A DNA stretch of 64,000 nucleotides, taken from Methanobacteriota archaeon (GTDB taxonomy: Archaea; Halobacteriota; Bog-38; Methanoflorentales; Methanoflorentaceae). Positions 20,194 to 30,713 of this stretch are shown one piece after another. A program made the translations under genes and the position numbers. The notes beneath the pieces were generated by a model. It had not been told where the DNA came from and searched no databases. It was given only the letters and a program-made list of their open reading frames with translations. Location of the stretch: contig CAVRAO010000008.1 in NCBI GenBank assembly GCA_963719035.1, positions 224,001-288,000 of the forward strand, written 5' to 3'. Every line of letters begins with the position of its first letter. The first letter of the stretch is position 1.

Positions 20194-20787
20194 TTAATGA
20201 GCGACTTCAATTCGATAGATTATCGCATCCACATATCGTACTTCATCCTTATGAAACTTAAAGGTATGTGCAATGGGCAGCTTCACGGAAATTGCGTCAG
20301 TAACGCGATGCGGCTCAACGAAGTGCCGCACGAAGCCGTTTACAATGGCGTTGTGAAGCAAGTAAATCACTTGGCCCACACTTACTGCCTTACGTAGAAA
20401 CGGCCTGTCACTGCGCCGCTTCTGGGCACCGAACGGGGGATTCATTACGACGGTATCGTAAGAACCCGCAAAGCTTTCTATGTCACTTTGTTGCCAAACT
20501 ACTTTTACATCGAGCAACTTGGCGTTTGCTCGGGCGATCTCTAACGCTCGATCGTCTGAATCGACGCCGGTCGCAACTCCCCCTAATAAGGCCGCCCCCA
20601 AAGCAAGGACGCCCGTCCCACAGCCCAAATCAACCACGCGCTTGCTAACAATGTCGCCTCGCAAGAACGCGAAGTGGAGGAGTCGGGCAGCGACGGTTGC
20701 AGGCGTGTAATATTGTTCGAGCTTTGCTGAAGGAGATTCGAAGACTTTTACGTGCTCGAGGATGATTTCAAGCTTACGCTGTCTCAT
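20194..20787 (-). CDS. METTL5-family methyltransferase
   Basis: LEQYYTP, DLGCGTG, MNPPFG. Confidence 0.92.
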   Translation of the reverse strand: MRQRKLEIILEHVKVFESPSAKLEQYYTPATVAARLLHFAFLRGDIVSKRVVDLGCGTGVLALGAALLGGVATGVDSDDRALEIARANAKLLDVKVVWQQSDIESFAGSYDTVVMNPPFGAQKRRSDRPFLRKAVSVGQVIYLLHNAIVNGFVRHFVEPHRVTDAISVKLPIAHTFKFHKDEVRYVDAIIYRIEVAH

Positions 20788-20871
20788 TGTTGCCAAATGC
20801 CTCAAATGCTAGCGCGCTTGGGAGCGATTGGGGTCGGAAGCTAGATAATCGATCTCGTTGAGATAAGCAGC

Positions 20872-21831
20872 CTATCGCCTTCTATTAACCAAATATGCAA
20901 CAAAAGTCAATCCTAACACGACAAAAACGGCTTCAAAGCCAGGCAGTGGATTGCTCGAACCAGTTGATTTTGCTGAAGACGTGTTGCCCTGAGTGTTATC
21001 TTCGTTTGTGGACTTGGGGGGTATATTAACTGCTTTGTTGACGCCGGCAAATGCTGTCGATTGTGTTGTTAAGTTGCCAGCCGGATTTGTGCCAGTTACA
21101 GTGACATTGACCGTCTGATTGTCAGCAAGCGTCTTGCTCGTAATACCCATCCATTGCACTAGCAGGTGATGCACATAATCAGGCGCAACAGCGGTATCAG
21201 TTGACAGTCCCGTAATTCCACTTAAATCGGCGGAAAAAGCCTTCTTCACCTTTTCTTCATTTACACCTGGGTTTTGCGTTGTTGGCTTATCTGTCGTATG
21301 ACAAAGACGGCAGTTGCCAGTCACAGCGGTACTCACAGAAAAAGAGTCCCCTGGTTTGACAAGACCGGTGTCCTTCACCGTGTTTGGCCCGACTATGGTT
21401 GGTATCAGCTTAAGCTTAGCACTCTGCACGGTCAACACAGTTGTTCTAGTCGGCCCGTATGGATCTTCAACTTTGATAATATATTGCCCAGGGGCTAAAG
21501 GTGGGGTTAGCCACGAGAAAAGTATGAAACCATTGGTAGAGTTATCAGCGTCATTCACGCCCCCATCAGTTGCGTTCGCTATTTTCACCAACACGCCGCC
21601 GTCGTCTTCCTTGCCGTTCTTGTTGGAATCGGCGTAATATGAAAGTGCAACTGAACTCCCGTTTCGTGCCATGTCGGCTGATATTAGAACCCTGTCTCCG
21701 GAATTTACTGTATTCGGCTGAGGTTGTACAATTTTGGTTGCCGATGTGTTGATTACAGCAGAACTTACTAGCAATAAGACAGCAATGACAGATAGCAACA
21801 GCAATGTCGTTCCATGGGTCGATGGTGGCAT
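20872..21831 (-). CDS. Secreted PGF-CTERM surface protein with a single CxxCH motif
   Basis: GAGGT upstream of ATG 21831; signal peptide; CRLCH; C-terminus LPGF + TM + RRR. Confidence 0.8.
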   Translation of the reverse strand: MPPSTHGTTLLLLSVIAVLLLVSSAVINTSATKIVQPQPNTVNSGDRVLISADMARNGSSVALSYYADSNKNGKEDDGGVLVKIANATDGGVNDADNSTNGFILFSWLTPPLAPGQYIIKVEDPYGPTRTTVLTVQSAKLKLIPTIVGPNTVKDTGLVKPGDSFSVSTAVTGNCRLCHTTDKPTTQNPGVNEEKVKKAFSADLSGITGLSTDTAVAPDYVHHLLVQWMGITSKTLADNQTVNVTVTGTNPAGNLTTQSTAFAGVNKAVNIPPKSTNEDNTQGNTSSAKSTGSSNPLPGFEAVFVVLGLTFVAYLVNRRR

Positions 21832-21994
21832 TTTGATTACCTCGAACAAGTTGTGAACAATTATCGGCAAGTTCATATATAAAACATTCGAGTATCCTAA
21901 TGCGGCACAATCCTTATAATCAAGAACCAAAGCCGCAGAATTCCTAAATCGGCGAGTTACGTTTATAACCGTCAAAAAAGCTAAAAAGATTACG

Positions 21995-24104
21995 ATGGAC
22001 GACTTCTTTTTTCCAAGATCGATTGCGGTAATTGGCGCTTCCAGAGAGAGTGGCAAAGTTGGATATTCTGTGTTAAAAAACCTTATGGACGCCAACTACG
22101 ACGGAGAGCTTGTCCCGGTAAATCCAAACGCCGACGAGATCTTGGGCTTAAAAGCATATCCTAAGGTAAAAAAGGTAGACCTCGCAATTATCGTAGTACC
22201 AGCAAGCATCGTGCCTTCTGTACTCGAGGATTCAGCGCGCGTCGGCGTTAAGGCCTCAATAATTATATCGGCGGGATTTAGAGAGTCCGGACCACAAGGC
22301 GCGATCCTGGAAACGCAAATTCGGGAGATAGCTAAAGAACATAGCATTAGAATAATCGGCCCTAACTGTCTAGGTCTCATCAGCACCGGCGCAAATATGA
22401 ATGCCTCCTTCGCGAGCGAATATCCACGCAAAGGCAATATCTCTCTTATATCACAAAGTGGAGCAATCTGCACCTCTTTTCTTGATTGGGCCGCCAACGA
22501 AAGCCTCGGCTTCGATAAATTGGCAAGCGTCGGAAACAAAGCCGACGTAACAGAAGCTGAGTTACTCGAATATATCGCACACGATCTGTCGACGAACGTC
22601 GTTGCGCTCTACGTCGAAGGGATTGATAACGGGCGCGAATTCATGCGCGTTGCGAAAGCGGTGTCTAGGATGACGCCGCTCGTCGTGCTCAAGGCGGGTC
22701 GGACTGATATGGGGGCTAAGGCAGCCTCCTCCCACACCGGCGCGCTTGCGGGATCAGATGCAGCCTATGACGCTGCGTTCAAGCAATCGGGGATTATACG
22801 GGTCAATTCAATTGACGAGTTGTTCGATGCAGCAAACGCCTTCTCGCGATGTCCAATTCCGAAAAGCTCAGGAATGGCTATCATAACAAACGCCGGGGGA
22901 CTTGGCGTGCTTGCGAGCGATGCAGCCGTTGAGTACAAGGTACCATCTAGCAAACTTTACCAAAGAGACGATCATCGCACTTCGGGGCGCACTAACCCGA
23001 GAGAGCAATATCTACAATCCAGTTGATATCCTCGGAGATGCAAAGCCACAACGATACGTCGACACGTTAAAAACTGTCTTGGCTGATCAAAACGTCGGGT
23101 TGGTTATTGTGCTTCTCACTCCGCTAGCTATGACAGAACCAGAAGAGACCGCAGGTTTGCTCAATAAGCTCGCCTTAAAAGCGTCCAAGCCCATATTGAC
23201 CTCCTTTCTAGGCGGAAAAGAGCTGGCCAAATCGCGCGATAAGTTGAAACAAGGCAAAACAGCTAACTTCACAAGTCCAGAAACTGCCGTCCGAGCAGCG
23301 AGCAACCTTATCAGATTTAGAGAGATCGCAATGTCAGAAGAGTTGGAATCGATGCCACCCAGAGAGGCCAGCCAAAAAAGCGGTGCGTTGCTGCAAATTC
23401 AACGAGTTCAAGCAGAGGGGAGAACGTCGTTGACAGAAGAAGAAGGTATGAACGTCCTGCGGGTGTACGGCATCAGGACCCCGAAAGACAAGATTGTGAC
23501 CTCGCGAGAGAACGTGATACGAGCGGCGCGCGAAATAGGTTACCCTGTCGTGTTGAAGGTAAACTCGACAGATATCTCCCACAAGACCGATGTTGGAGGG
23601 GTAATTACAGGCATTAGCACTGACAAGGCAGCCAACAACGCTTTTGATCAAATTTACACTAACATTAACAAGAGAATGCCGCAAGCGCTAATCGGAGGAG
23701 TTACGGTAGAAGAGATGGTGCACGGAGTAGAGGTGATAATCGGGGTCACCCGCGACCCCCAATTCGGACCTTTTATCACCTTTGGCCTAGGGGGGGTTTA
23801 CGTAGAAGTGCTAAGAGACGTATCGCATAGATTAGCTCCGATTACCCTAGCCGAGGCAAAGAGGATGATTTCTGAAGTCAAGTCATACCCGATTCTCCTT
23901 GGCGCGCGCGGTAGAAAAGCGCTCGACATCGATGCCATAGCGCGCACTATAGTCTGCGTCAGCAGAATCAGCCAAGATTTCAAAGAGATCCTAGAGATAG
24001 AGATTAACCCCCTTATGGTACAAGAAGTGGGCTGCATTGCAGTAGATGCGCTAGTTGTCATAGAGAGGAGAGATAATGCTCTTAAAAATAGCGGAGGTGG
24101 ATGA
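21995..24104 (+). CDS. acd: ADP-forming acyl/acetyl-CoA synthetase, fused alpha-beta; +1 frameshift at ~22946
   Basis: GPNCLG, SQSGA, SHTGALAG, NPVDILGDA, SHKTDVGGV, EINPL; removing one base restores EYKVPLANFTKET. Confidence 0.88.
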
Positions 24105-25107
24105 CTTGAGAGTTGAGTGCGAGATTCCAGCACTCGTCATAAGTTCCGTTTCAGAACGAAGCGGAAAAACCGTTGTCGCATTAGGTCTTGCATTAAACTT
24201 TAAAGGAGTTTTAGGGTTCTACAAGCCGATCCGTGAAAATCTTATCCCCGTTAAAGGAAATTTGGTTGAGGAAGACGCGTATCTAATGAAACACGTCCTC
24301 AACTTAGAGGATGAGTCACTGCTATCGCCTTTCACCTATAACCTCTTTAAAGGCATTAAAGCTGAGGACATTATTAGCGGTTTGAACCGCATTTACCGCG
24401 ATAAGCAGGCAGTTTTGCTCGAGGGGACGAAAGACATCAGCACTGGGTTCTTACACAACGTTTCAAGCATTCAGATTGCTAAATTACTGAACGCTGAGAT
24501 CTTGCTAGTGACCGACATTTACTCGCTTGATATGGTAGCAATGACCAAACTACTTCTCGACAAACTCAAGGTAAAGCTCAAAGGTGTGGTGCTAAATCAG
24601 TCACAAGATCCACAATTTGAAAACTATATGATAAAACGAGGGATAAAAATCCTCGGGTCAATTCCGTTCCTAACGGAGCTGAAAGCACTTCACGCGAACG
24701 AAATAGCTGAAGAACTCGGTGCAGAAATCATAGTCGCTGGAGAAGACCACCCTATAGAGAGGATCCTTATCGGAGCGATGACGCCCGAATCTGCACTTAA
24801 ATATTTCAGAAAGGCGCCCGCTAAAGCGGTCATAACCGGAGGAGACAGGGCAGATATACAACTTGCCGCTTTGTCGACTTCGACATCGTGCCTCGTGCTA
24901 ACTGGTGGATTGTACCCAGCCAATCACGTTATTGCAAGAGCACAAGAACTCGGCGTTAGCGTAGTTCTTGTGAATTTGGATACGTTGACTGCTGCTGAAC
25001 GATTAGAGAGACTAACAGCGCGCATAGATCCATTTGACAGCCAAAAAATCAATTTGATAAAGGAAACCGTAAGACAGAACCTCGATACAGAAGCAATATG
25101 GGGGTGA
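24076..25107 (+). CDS. BioD-like P-loop/DRTGG protein (phosphotransacetylase N-terminal family)
   Basis: SGKTVV, IGAM, ITGGDRADIQLAAL, LVLTGG. Confidence 0.88.
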   Translation: MLLKIAEVDDLRVECEIPALVISSVSERSGKTVVALGLALNFKGVLGFYKPIRENLIPVKGNLVEEDAYLMKHVLNLEDESLLSPFTYNLFKGIKAEDIISGLNRIYRDKQAVLLEGTKDISTGFLHNVSSIQIAKLLNAEILLVTDIYSLDMVAMTKLLLDKLKVKLKGVVLNQSQDPQFENYMIKRGIKILGSIPFLTELKALHANEIAEELGAEIIVAGEDHPIERILIGAMTPESALKYFRKAPAKAVITGGDRADIQLAALSTSTSCLVLTGGLYPANHVIARAQELGVSVVLVNLDTLTAAERLERLTARIDPFDSQKINLIKETVRQNLDTEAIWG

Positions 25108-25164
25108 TGGTTTCAAAATCGTGCATTATCATCTGTAAAAATAGCGGTTTATGCGAAAGAGCGA

Positions 25165-26214
25165 CTAGGCGCCTTTTTTGCCCCTCATTTTGTTCCTCAA
25201 CGCCTTTTTTGAGGTTACATCCCCCAAAACAAATCCGTCAGCATCAAACTGCAGCATCTGCTCAGTCGAACGAGGCGGATCCTTCGTCGTAGTCACCCCG
25301 GCCCCCTCAGAGGCATCTTCAGGTGCAGTTACTTCTATCTTTCTCGATCGCTGTGGCTTTGAGATAACACCTAAATCTGAGCGATCCTCGACTGTCGCAG
25401 ACGCACTGCTGAGTGCGGGGGGATTGGGTATACTGCTATCTCCTGCTCCATAGTCGTCTCCCTTGAAATGGTCATCATCATAACGGTCTTCACCAGACCT
25501 GTTTTGTGAGAAGACGAAAAACAGCGCAACTGTAATAAGCCCAGTCATTGCGATTATGAAATACGCCCACGGGCTGAGATGATTTATAACATCACCAACG
25601 TTACTGATCCCAATTTCTGCGTCCGCCGCCTTTCCCGCTGCTGCCTTAGTAGGAGTTAGACTTGCAATTGTGAGTGTCGCCGCATTTTGCTGCACATCAT
25701 AAAGGGGCGTTGCTTGACTGGATGGGTCAGTGCCGTTTTTATAAATAACAACCCCTATTACATAACTGCCTGCTGACAAGCCTTGGGGCGTAAATGTGAT
25801 TGAGCGTGTTTCTTCAGCTTTTAGTGCTAACACCGTGCTATTTGAGAGCACGTTCGCGCCAGCCGAATTCTTATATACGACGTCAATGCTGACGCCATCG
25901 AGTGCGACTTTCCCATTTTGCACAGTAACTATCACTTGTGGCGTTGCAGTCGATTGACCTGTGTTAACAGTTTTGACGCTGGTGATGTTGACCGATGGGG
26001 TCGTTGTTTGTTGCGGTATCAAAGAATTAAGGTCAAAGCGCTTTGTGAAATTACTTAATAGACTGTCAATTTGGTTGAAAACGCCATTGTTGTCGAGTTG
26101 CGCAGCAGTCGATTGGTGGGGGGAAAGCTCTATTGCCTCTGATAGCGGCGCTAATATTATTAGCGCTGTAAACGTCAAAACTAGCGAAAGCACAAGCAAA
26201 GCTGATCGACGCAT
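25165..26214 (-). CDS. Single-pass membrane protein with external CARDB/Ig-like domain and acidic cytoplasmic tail
   Basis: Signal peptide, beta-rich domain (VTVQNG..AGSYVIGV), one TM, D/S-rich tail. Confidence 0.7.
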   Translation of the reverse strand: MRRSALLVLSLVLTFTALIILAPLSEAIELSPHQSTAAQLDNNGVFNQIDSLLSNFTKRFDLNSLIPQQTTTPSVNITSVKTVNTGQSTATPQVIVTVQNGKVALDGVSIDVVYKNSAGANVLSNSTVLALKAEETRSITFTPQGLSAGSYVIGVVIYKNGTDPSSQATPLYDVQQNAATLTIASLTPTKAAAGKAADAEIGISNVGDVINHLSPWAYFIIAMTGLITVALFFVFSQNRSGEDRYDDDHFKGDDYGAGDSSIPNPPALSSASATVEDRSDLGVISKPQRSRKIEVTAPEDASEGAGVTTTKDPPRSTEQMLQFDADGFVLGDVTSKKALRNKMRGKKGA

Positions 26215-26393
26215 GTCCTAACTAACCCTCGTGATTTGTACACGCATGTGCGAGTCCCAATGCCTAATAACTATACGTAAACCTACCATGGGCGCAGAAG
26301 TCTTAAGTTCACCGAACAAAAAAAACCGAATGTGGCAATTTTTCCAGTATTGCGAATAAGGACACTTGTATCGCTGCAAGAGACCTCACTAAA

Positions 26394-27233
26394 CTAGTAC
26401 TCTAGTACTCTAATGAGGTCCGAGTCTTTTATGATCCCTTCCAATTTATCATCGGCCGTCACTATAGGCAAGAGCTCGACGTCAAAACGCCGCATCTGTC
26501 TAGCACATTCACTAATACCTGTCTTGTGATATAGCGATTCGTATTCAGCCATCATTATGTCCTTCACTGGTGAGTTTGGAAGCTCTACTCTAGATACGCC
26601 GTAGTACAGACTCATCGTATCCCTGACCGCTTCCCATGTCCAAGCATCTTCGTCCGAACCCGCAGATAGGTCTGCCTTTTCTATTGTATCTTCAATTTTA
26701 CTAGCTTTCAGCAGAGCGCCCTCAGTAATAATACCCACGACCCTGTTGGTCGAATCTAGTACCGGACTCGCTTCAGCGTTCGCGAGCTTCATAATTTCAC
26801 CGACAACGTCAACGGGCGTCATTTCCCAAACCGCAACGATTTCACGTATGAAATAGTCATCCACAGGAGTCTTGATATCCATATCTGCTATAGCACTCAC
26901 GATATCGGTTACCGTAATAAAACCGACGAGTTGAGAATCATCGACTACAGGCATACGTCTAATCGCGTTTTCAATAAATAAACGGACTGCATCTTTGATG
27001 GTCGCCGTCGGAGATACAAAAACGGGCTGCCTTGTCATAAGAAGGGCGATTTGATCCTCCTCAGGATTCCTAAATATGTCGCCGCGCGTTATTATACCGA
27101 CAAGCGTGCGATTCTTGACGACAGGAACGCTTGTTATCCCCTTGTCCTTCATAATTTTGATGGCCGTGTCTCGAGATCCAGGTACCTCAACGAAGACAAC
27201 ATCCCTTGTCATGACATCTTCGACGTTCATCAT
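26394..27233 (-). CDS. CBS domain protein (4 CBS)
   Basis: Repeated PVV..LVGIIT..D motifs. Confidence 0.9.
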   Translation of the reverse strand: MMNVEDVMTRDVVFVEVPGSRDTAIKIMKDKGITSVPVVKNRTLVGIITRGDIFRNPEEDQIALLMTRQPVFVSPTATIKDAVRLFIENAIRRMPVVDDSQLVGFITVTDIVSAIADMDIKTPVDDYFIREIVAVWEMTPVDVVGEIMKLANAEASPVLDSTNRVVGIITEGALLKASKIEDTIEKADLSAGSDEDAWTWEAVRDTMSLYYGVSRVELPNSPVKDIMMAEYESLYHKTGISECARQMRRFDVELLPIVTADDKLEGIIKDSDLIRVLEY

Positions 27234-27392
27234 TTTTTAAGCCTCTAGTACGCGATCGTTCTAGTGTCACGTGAGGTTCATGCAGCAAGCCAAGCTTTGA
27301 CCTGCCGGATCCGCCGTTGCGGGTTTGTGCGCATGTCGCTTGTGACCCCGTTGTAGCAGCAAATAGCGCAGTTCGACGCGCTAACTAAGCAT

Positions 27393-28490
27393 CTAGCCCC
27401 CGTGAGTATGGAGGACAATGTCGTCTGGACGAGCTCTTCTGACCACGCTGCTGATAATATTCTGAGTTCCAAAGAGGTTGTGTGATCGGTTGTTAATGAT
27501 TAGGAGATTAGCATGCTTACCGGCGACAATTGAGCCAAGTTCATTGTCAATTCCTAAAATTTTGGCATTGTTGAGTGTCGCCATTTCGAGCACCTTGATG
27601 TCGTCATGCAGAAATGCTTTTGACGCAAACTCCATTTCCGCAAACATATTTACTGAATTGAGCATCACATTATCAGTACCCAGCCCAACAGTGGTCGCCT
27701 GCATCATTTCTCCGATTGGCGGCCGCAGAAAAGACGAACCGACACCAGTTACGAGGTTTGACCTAGGACATACCACAATGGGAACCCCGCTTTCAATCTG
27801 GTGTTTGGAAGCATACGTCATGTGGATAAGGCAGTCCGGGTTGAGTGATATCGCAGAATCAATATCCGAGGCGTCCTTTTCGCCTGCATGTATAGCAACA
27901 AACTTCCCACGTGTTCGTGCCCTGTTGAACATCGCACCAATGACTGAACTATCGCAATCCCGACTTCCACTTACCCCTAGGCCGTGCGCAATATCGAGAA
28001 TGGTATCAATTTCATCTTCTACTATATAATTTCGTGCATCGTTTAACCTGCCTAGAATCATTACCCTCACTTGTTTTACAAAGTCCATCGCGCTTCTTAG
28101 CGCGTTTATGCCATATAGTCCGCCCTCTCTGAAGTCTGCTAACATGGCAGTTCCCGTAACAAAAGCGTCTAAAAGTGACTGATGCATAGCCTCGACTATT
28201 ACACCCAGTGCTGCCTCACGAAGAGCACGATGTTTCAAACCGTGAGGGGGTCTCACTAGAGTGTCTAAGTCACCGTAGGGGGCATCTTTGATTATGGAGT
28301 CGCCGAGGTGTGTATGTGCGTTAATCAAAGCAGGCATAACGATGCCGCTTGCCTCACAATTGTCGGGTTTGACGTTTGATCGCTCTTCTATTTCGACGAT
28401 TCTCCCCCCCTCAACGTGGACATAACCAGTTATTAAATCAAAATCATCGCCATTTAGAATGCGTCCGCCGACAACGTAATCCCTCATCAC
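27393..28490 (-). CDS. Amidohydrolase/deaminase family protein
   Basis: NAHTHLGD, HAGE, CPRSN, GTDN. Confidence 0.9.
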   Translation of the reverse strand: MMRDYVVGGRILNGDDFDLITGYVHVEGGRIVEIEERSNVKPDNCEASGIVMPALINAHTHLGDSIIKDAPYGDLDTLVRPPHGLKHRALREAALGVIVEAMHQSLLDAFVTGTAMLADFREGGLYGINALRSAMDFVKQVRVMILGRLNDARNYIVEDEIDTILDIAHGLGVSGSRDCDSSVIGAMFNRARTRGKFVAIHAGEKDASDIDSAISLNPDCLIHMTYASKHQIESGVPIVVCPRSNLVTGVGSSFLRPPIGEMMQATTVGLGTDNVMLNSVNMFAEMEFASKAFLHDDIKVLEMATLNNAKILGIDNELGSIVAGKHANLLIINNRSHNLFGTQNIISSVVRRARPDDIVLHTHGG

Positions 28491-28524
28491 AACGTATAAA
28501 TCGTAGCGGACTGTATTTTAAATT

Positions 28525-28695
28525 ATGGCGAGAGGGAAACGTGAAACAGGCGGACCTATGTCGAGCGCTGGCTTGGTACGGTACTATGAATCAGAAGACA
28601 AGAACGCCATACACATTCCTCCTCGATCAATTATCGTAGCGTGCATTCTATCTGCTGTAATAATAATAGCGCTAAATTTTATCTTTGCAAGCTAG
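28525..28695 (+). CDS. secG: Preprotein translocase subunit Sec61beta (56 aa, below ORF-track cutoff)
   Basis: Manual translation MARGKRETGGPMSSAGLVRYYESEDKNAIHIPPRSIIVACILSAVIIIALNFIFAS; diagnostic SSAGLVRY. Confidence 0.93.
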   Translation: MARGKRETGGPMSSAGLVRYYESEDKNAIHIPPRSIIVACILSAVIIIALNFIFAS

Positions 28696-29113
28696 CAAAC
28701 ATCGCATTTGGGCGTAATTAGATCGAATGCGCAGCCGTAATAGGGACATCGGGCCTGTCTGCTGCAATATCGAAAATGAAAATTTAGTTAATGAACGGTC
28801 TGCCCTATATTTGATTGACTTTTTCAATTTTGCAGGAAGTTTCTTCAACAAGCGTTCGAATCTGATCTAGTAGGCGTAACTGTTCTTTCATCGCAGCAAC
28901 AGTAGAACTTATCGACATGCTGATGGCCAAATTGATGTCCTGACTGAAGCATATCAGAAAACAGATCAAATAGCATCGGAATCTATGCTGCAGTTAAAAA
29001 CTTGGCCGACTGCTTTTGCTTTGAAATAATAAGCTGTTTTTCACGCATATTCATGTGCAGCTGATGAGGGCGTACAAACTTAATACTAGAAACACAATTT
29101 CAAACGAAGGTTC

Positions 29114-29614
29114 ATGGTTAACGTAACGCGAAATCTCGTTCGAATCTTGTTTTTAGTCGTCATGCTGCTGTTAACAGCCACATATGGAATGGCAAATGTG
29201 CAGAAACAGGGCGACCTCTGGCTCGATCCAGTAGTAACCAAGGGCGAGTTAGAATCTACAACGTGGATAAAAACGAACACCCACGCGTCAGATCACTTCC
29301 AATCTGACATCTTTGGCGGCGAGCTGGTAATGGGCATGACCACCCGCACACCTATCGTTGGTGGTGACTGGGCTAACGCGCCAGATCCTATTGCGAACAT
29401 GAAAGATTCCCAACAGATTTACCAAACGAGCTCCGCGAGCGAAGCATATGCACTGTGCAAACAATACAACTTGAGTTACGTGTTTGTTCCACTTAACAGA
29501 CTGGTTTTTTGCGGATTTGGATGGATATCAGTTAATGCTACAAAGTTTGACAATAGCGACTATTTCAAGCTCCAATATTCAAACGAGGATGTACGAATTT
29601 ATGAAGTGGCTTAA
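29114..29614 (+). CDS. Stand-alone GT-C-type C-terminal extracytoplasmic domain with own N-terminal anchor
   Basis: WIKTNT, YNLSYVFV, YSNEDVRIYEV align to the C-terminus of 30706-32664. Confidence 0.75.
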   Translation: MVNVTRNLVRILFLVVMLLLTATYGMANVQKQGDLWLDPVVTKGELESTTWIKTNTHASDHFQSDIFGGELVMGMTTRTPIVGGDWANAPDPIANMKDSQQIYQTSSASEAYALCKQYNLSYVFVPLNRLVFCGFGWISVNATKFDNSDYFKLQYSNEDVRIYEVA

Positions 29615-30713
29615 CGAAGCAAAAATCCGCAATCGCTTGACGTCACTTGATGCTATCGCTGTTCTTAGATATGGGTTTATTATTGGATTGTTAGTCCTGT
29701 GGTTTAGCTATCACGTGAATATCCTACGAGGTTATGTAATACCAACGTACGGAAACACCCTATATCATGTAGGAATAGAACGTCTGACGATTGAATCTGG
29801 ATACTACCCAACGCAAGAGCTGTCGTACAACGGCGGCTTCCCTAACTTTTATGTTCCGGCATATCGCCTACTAATAGCGTCACAGTCATTATTTTCCGGA
29901 ATCGATCCTATGGTGGTTTCGGGGCTTGTCACGATAACGCTGTCCGTCGCTGTGTTCTGTGTCATCTACACATTCACGAAGCAACTTGTGCATGCGAGCG
30001 CAGCCGTTTGTGCTTTGTTCTTCCTAATCGTGTCGCCAGAAATGACGATATTCACGATCCGCGCATTGCCAGAGCTGCTCGGACTCTTCATGTTACCGCT
30101 TACGCTCGTGTTTGTTCTGGCCAATAGAACAGAGGGACCATTTAAACTCAACGCATACGTAGGACTCTCCGTTGTCTCTGCGGCAGTAACGGCATTAACG
30201 CATCAAATGACGCTGCTCACGCTCGCCCTCGTTTTAGCAGCCTACGCCCTTACGCAAGTGAAGCACAAAAACGAGTTTCTAAAGGCGTTTGTCCCCCTCA
30301 TAACGGTCCTAGCGGTTTATGCATTATGGCAAGTATACACTTTGCATACGGTGAGCATCTTGGGACTTTCTCAAGTTAAGTATCACGAAGGCACGCCGGT
30401 CGATTTCCTGGCAAGTGAGTTTAGCGTAGGATTCTTCGAGCGAGCTGGGGTGCTTCTTCTTCCTTTTGCTGCTATCGGGCTTGGTTGGCTCGAACGAAAT
30501 AAAACTAGAAAGCGGTTCCTGCTTTATTCGTGGGTCATAGCTTCCCTTTTGCTCACGAAAAACGATTTGCTAGGAATAGGAATATTCATGGACCGATTTC
30601 TGACTTTTTTTGTTGAGTCCTTGGTCGTGGCAGCCGGAATTGGAGCATTTGTGGTCCTACATTTCCTCGATGCTCGTTTGTTAGGTTCAATAAAACAAAC
30701 CCAAGGTGCGTAA
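29601..30713 (+). CDS. GT-C-fold membrane core lacking the soluble C-domain
   Basis: Multi-TM; EL1 PTYGNTLYH..IESG; LTHQMT; DRFL. Confidence 0.75.
   Translation: MKWLNEAKIRNRLTSLDAIAVLRYGFIIGLLVLWFSYHVNILRGYVIPTYGNTLYHVGIERLTIESGYYPTQELSYNGGFPNFYVPAYRLLIASQSLFSGIDPMVVSGLVTITLSVAVFCVIYTFTKQLVHASAAVCALFFLIVSPEMTIFTIRALPELLGLFMLPLTLVFVLANRTEGPFKLNAYVGLSVVSAAVTALTHQMTLLTLALVLAAYALTQVKHKNEFLKAFVPLITVLAVYALWQVYTLHTVSILGLSQVKYHEGTPVDFLASEFSVGFFERAGVLLLPFAAIGLGWLERNKTRKRFLLYSWVIASLLLTKNDLLGIGIFMDRFLTFFVESLVVAAGIGAFVVLHFLDARLLGSIKQTQGA

Noticed and set aside
21832-22095. N-terminal extension of ORF 20872-22095, and similar long starts at 4529, 29484, 51342, 57084 and 57989
   Set aside because: They overlap neighbouring genes or tRNAs; better downstream starts exist
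22930-22960. Programmed frameshift or natural alpha/beta split in acd
   Set aside because: No slippery site or restart signal; the break is mid-domain; a single-base removal restores the frame
27297-27309. Minus-strand near-complement of the archaeal 16S rRNA 5' end (TCCGGCAGG-TCAA)
   Set aside because: Short and gapped, with no C/D boxes; compatible with chance
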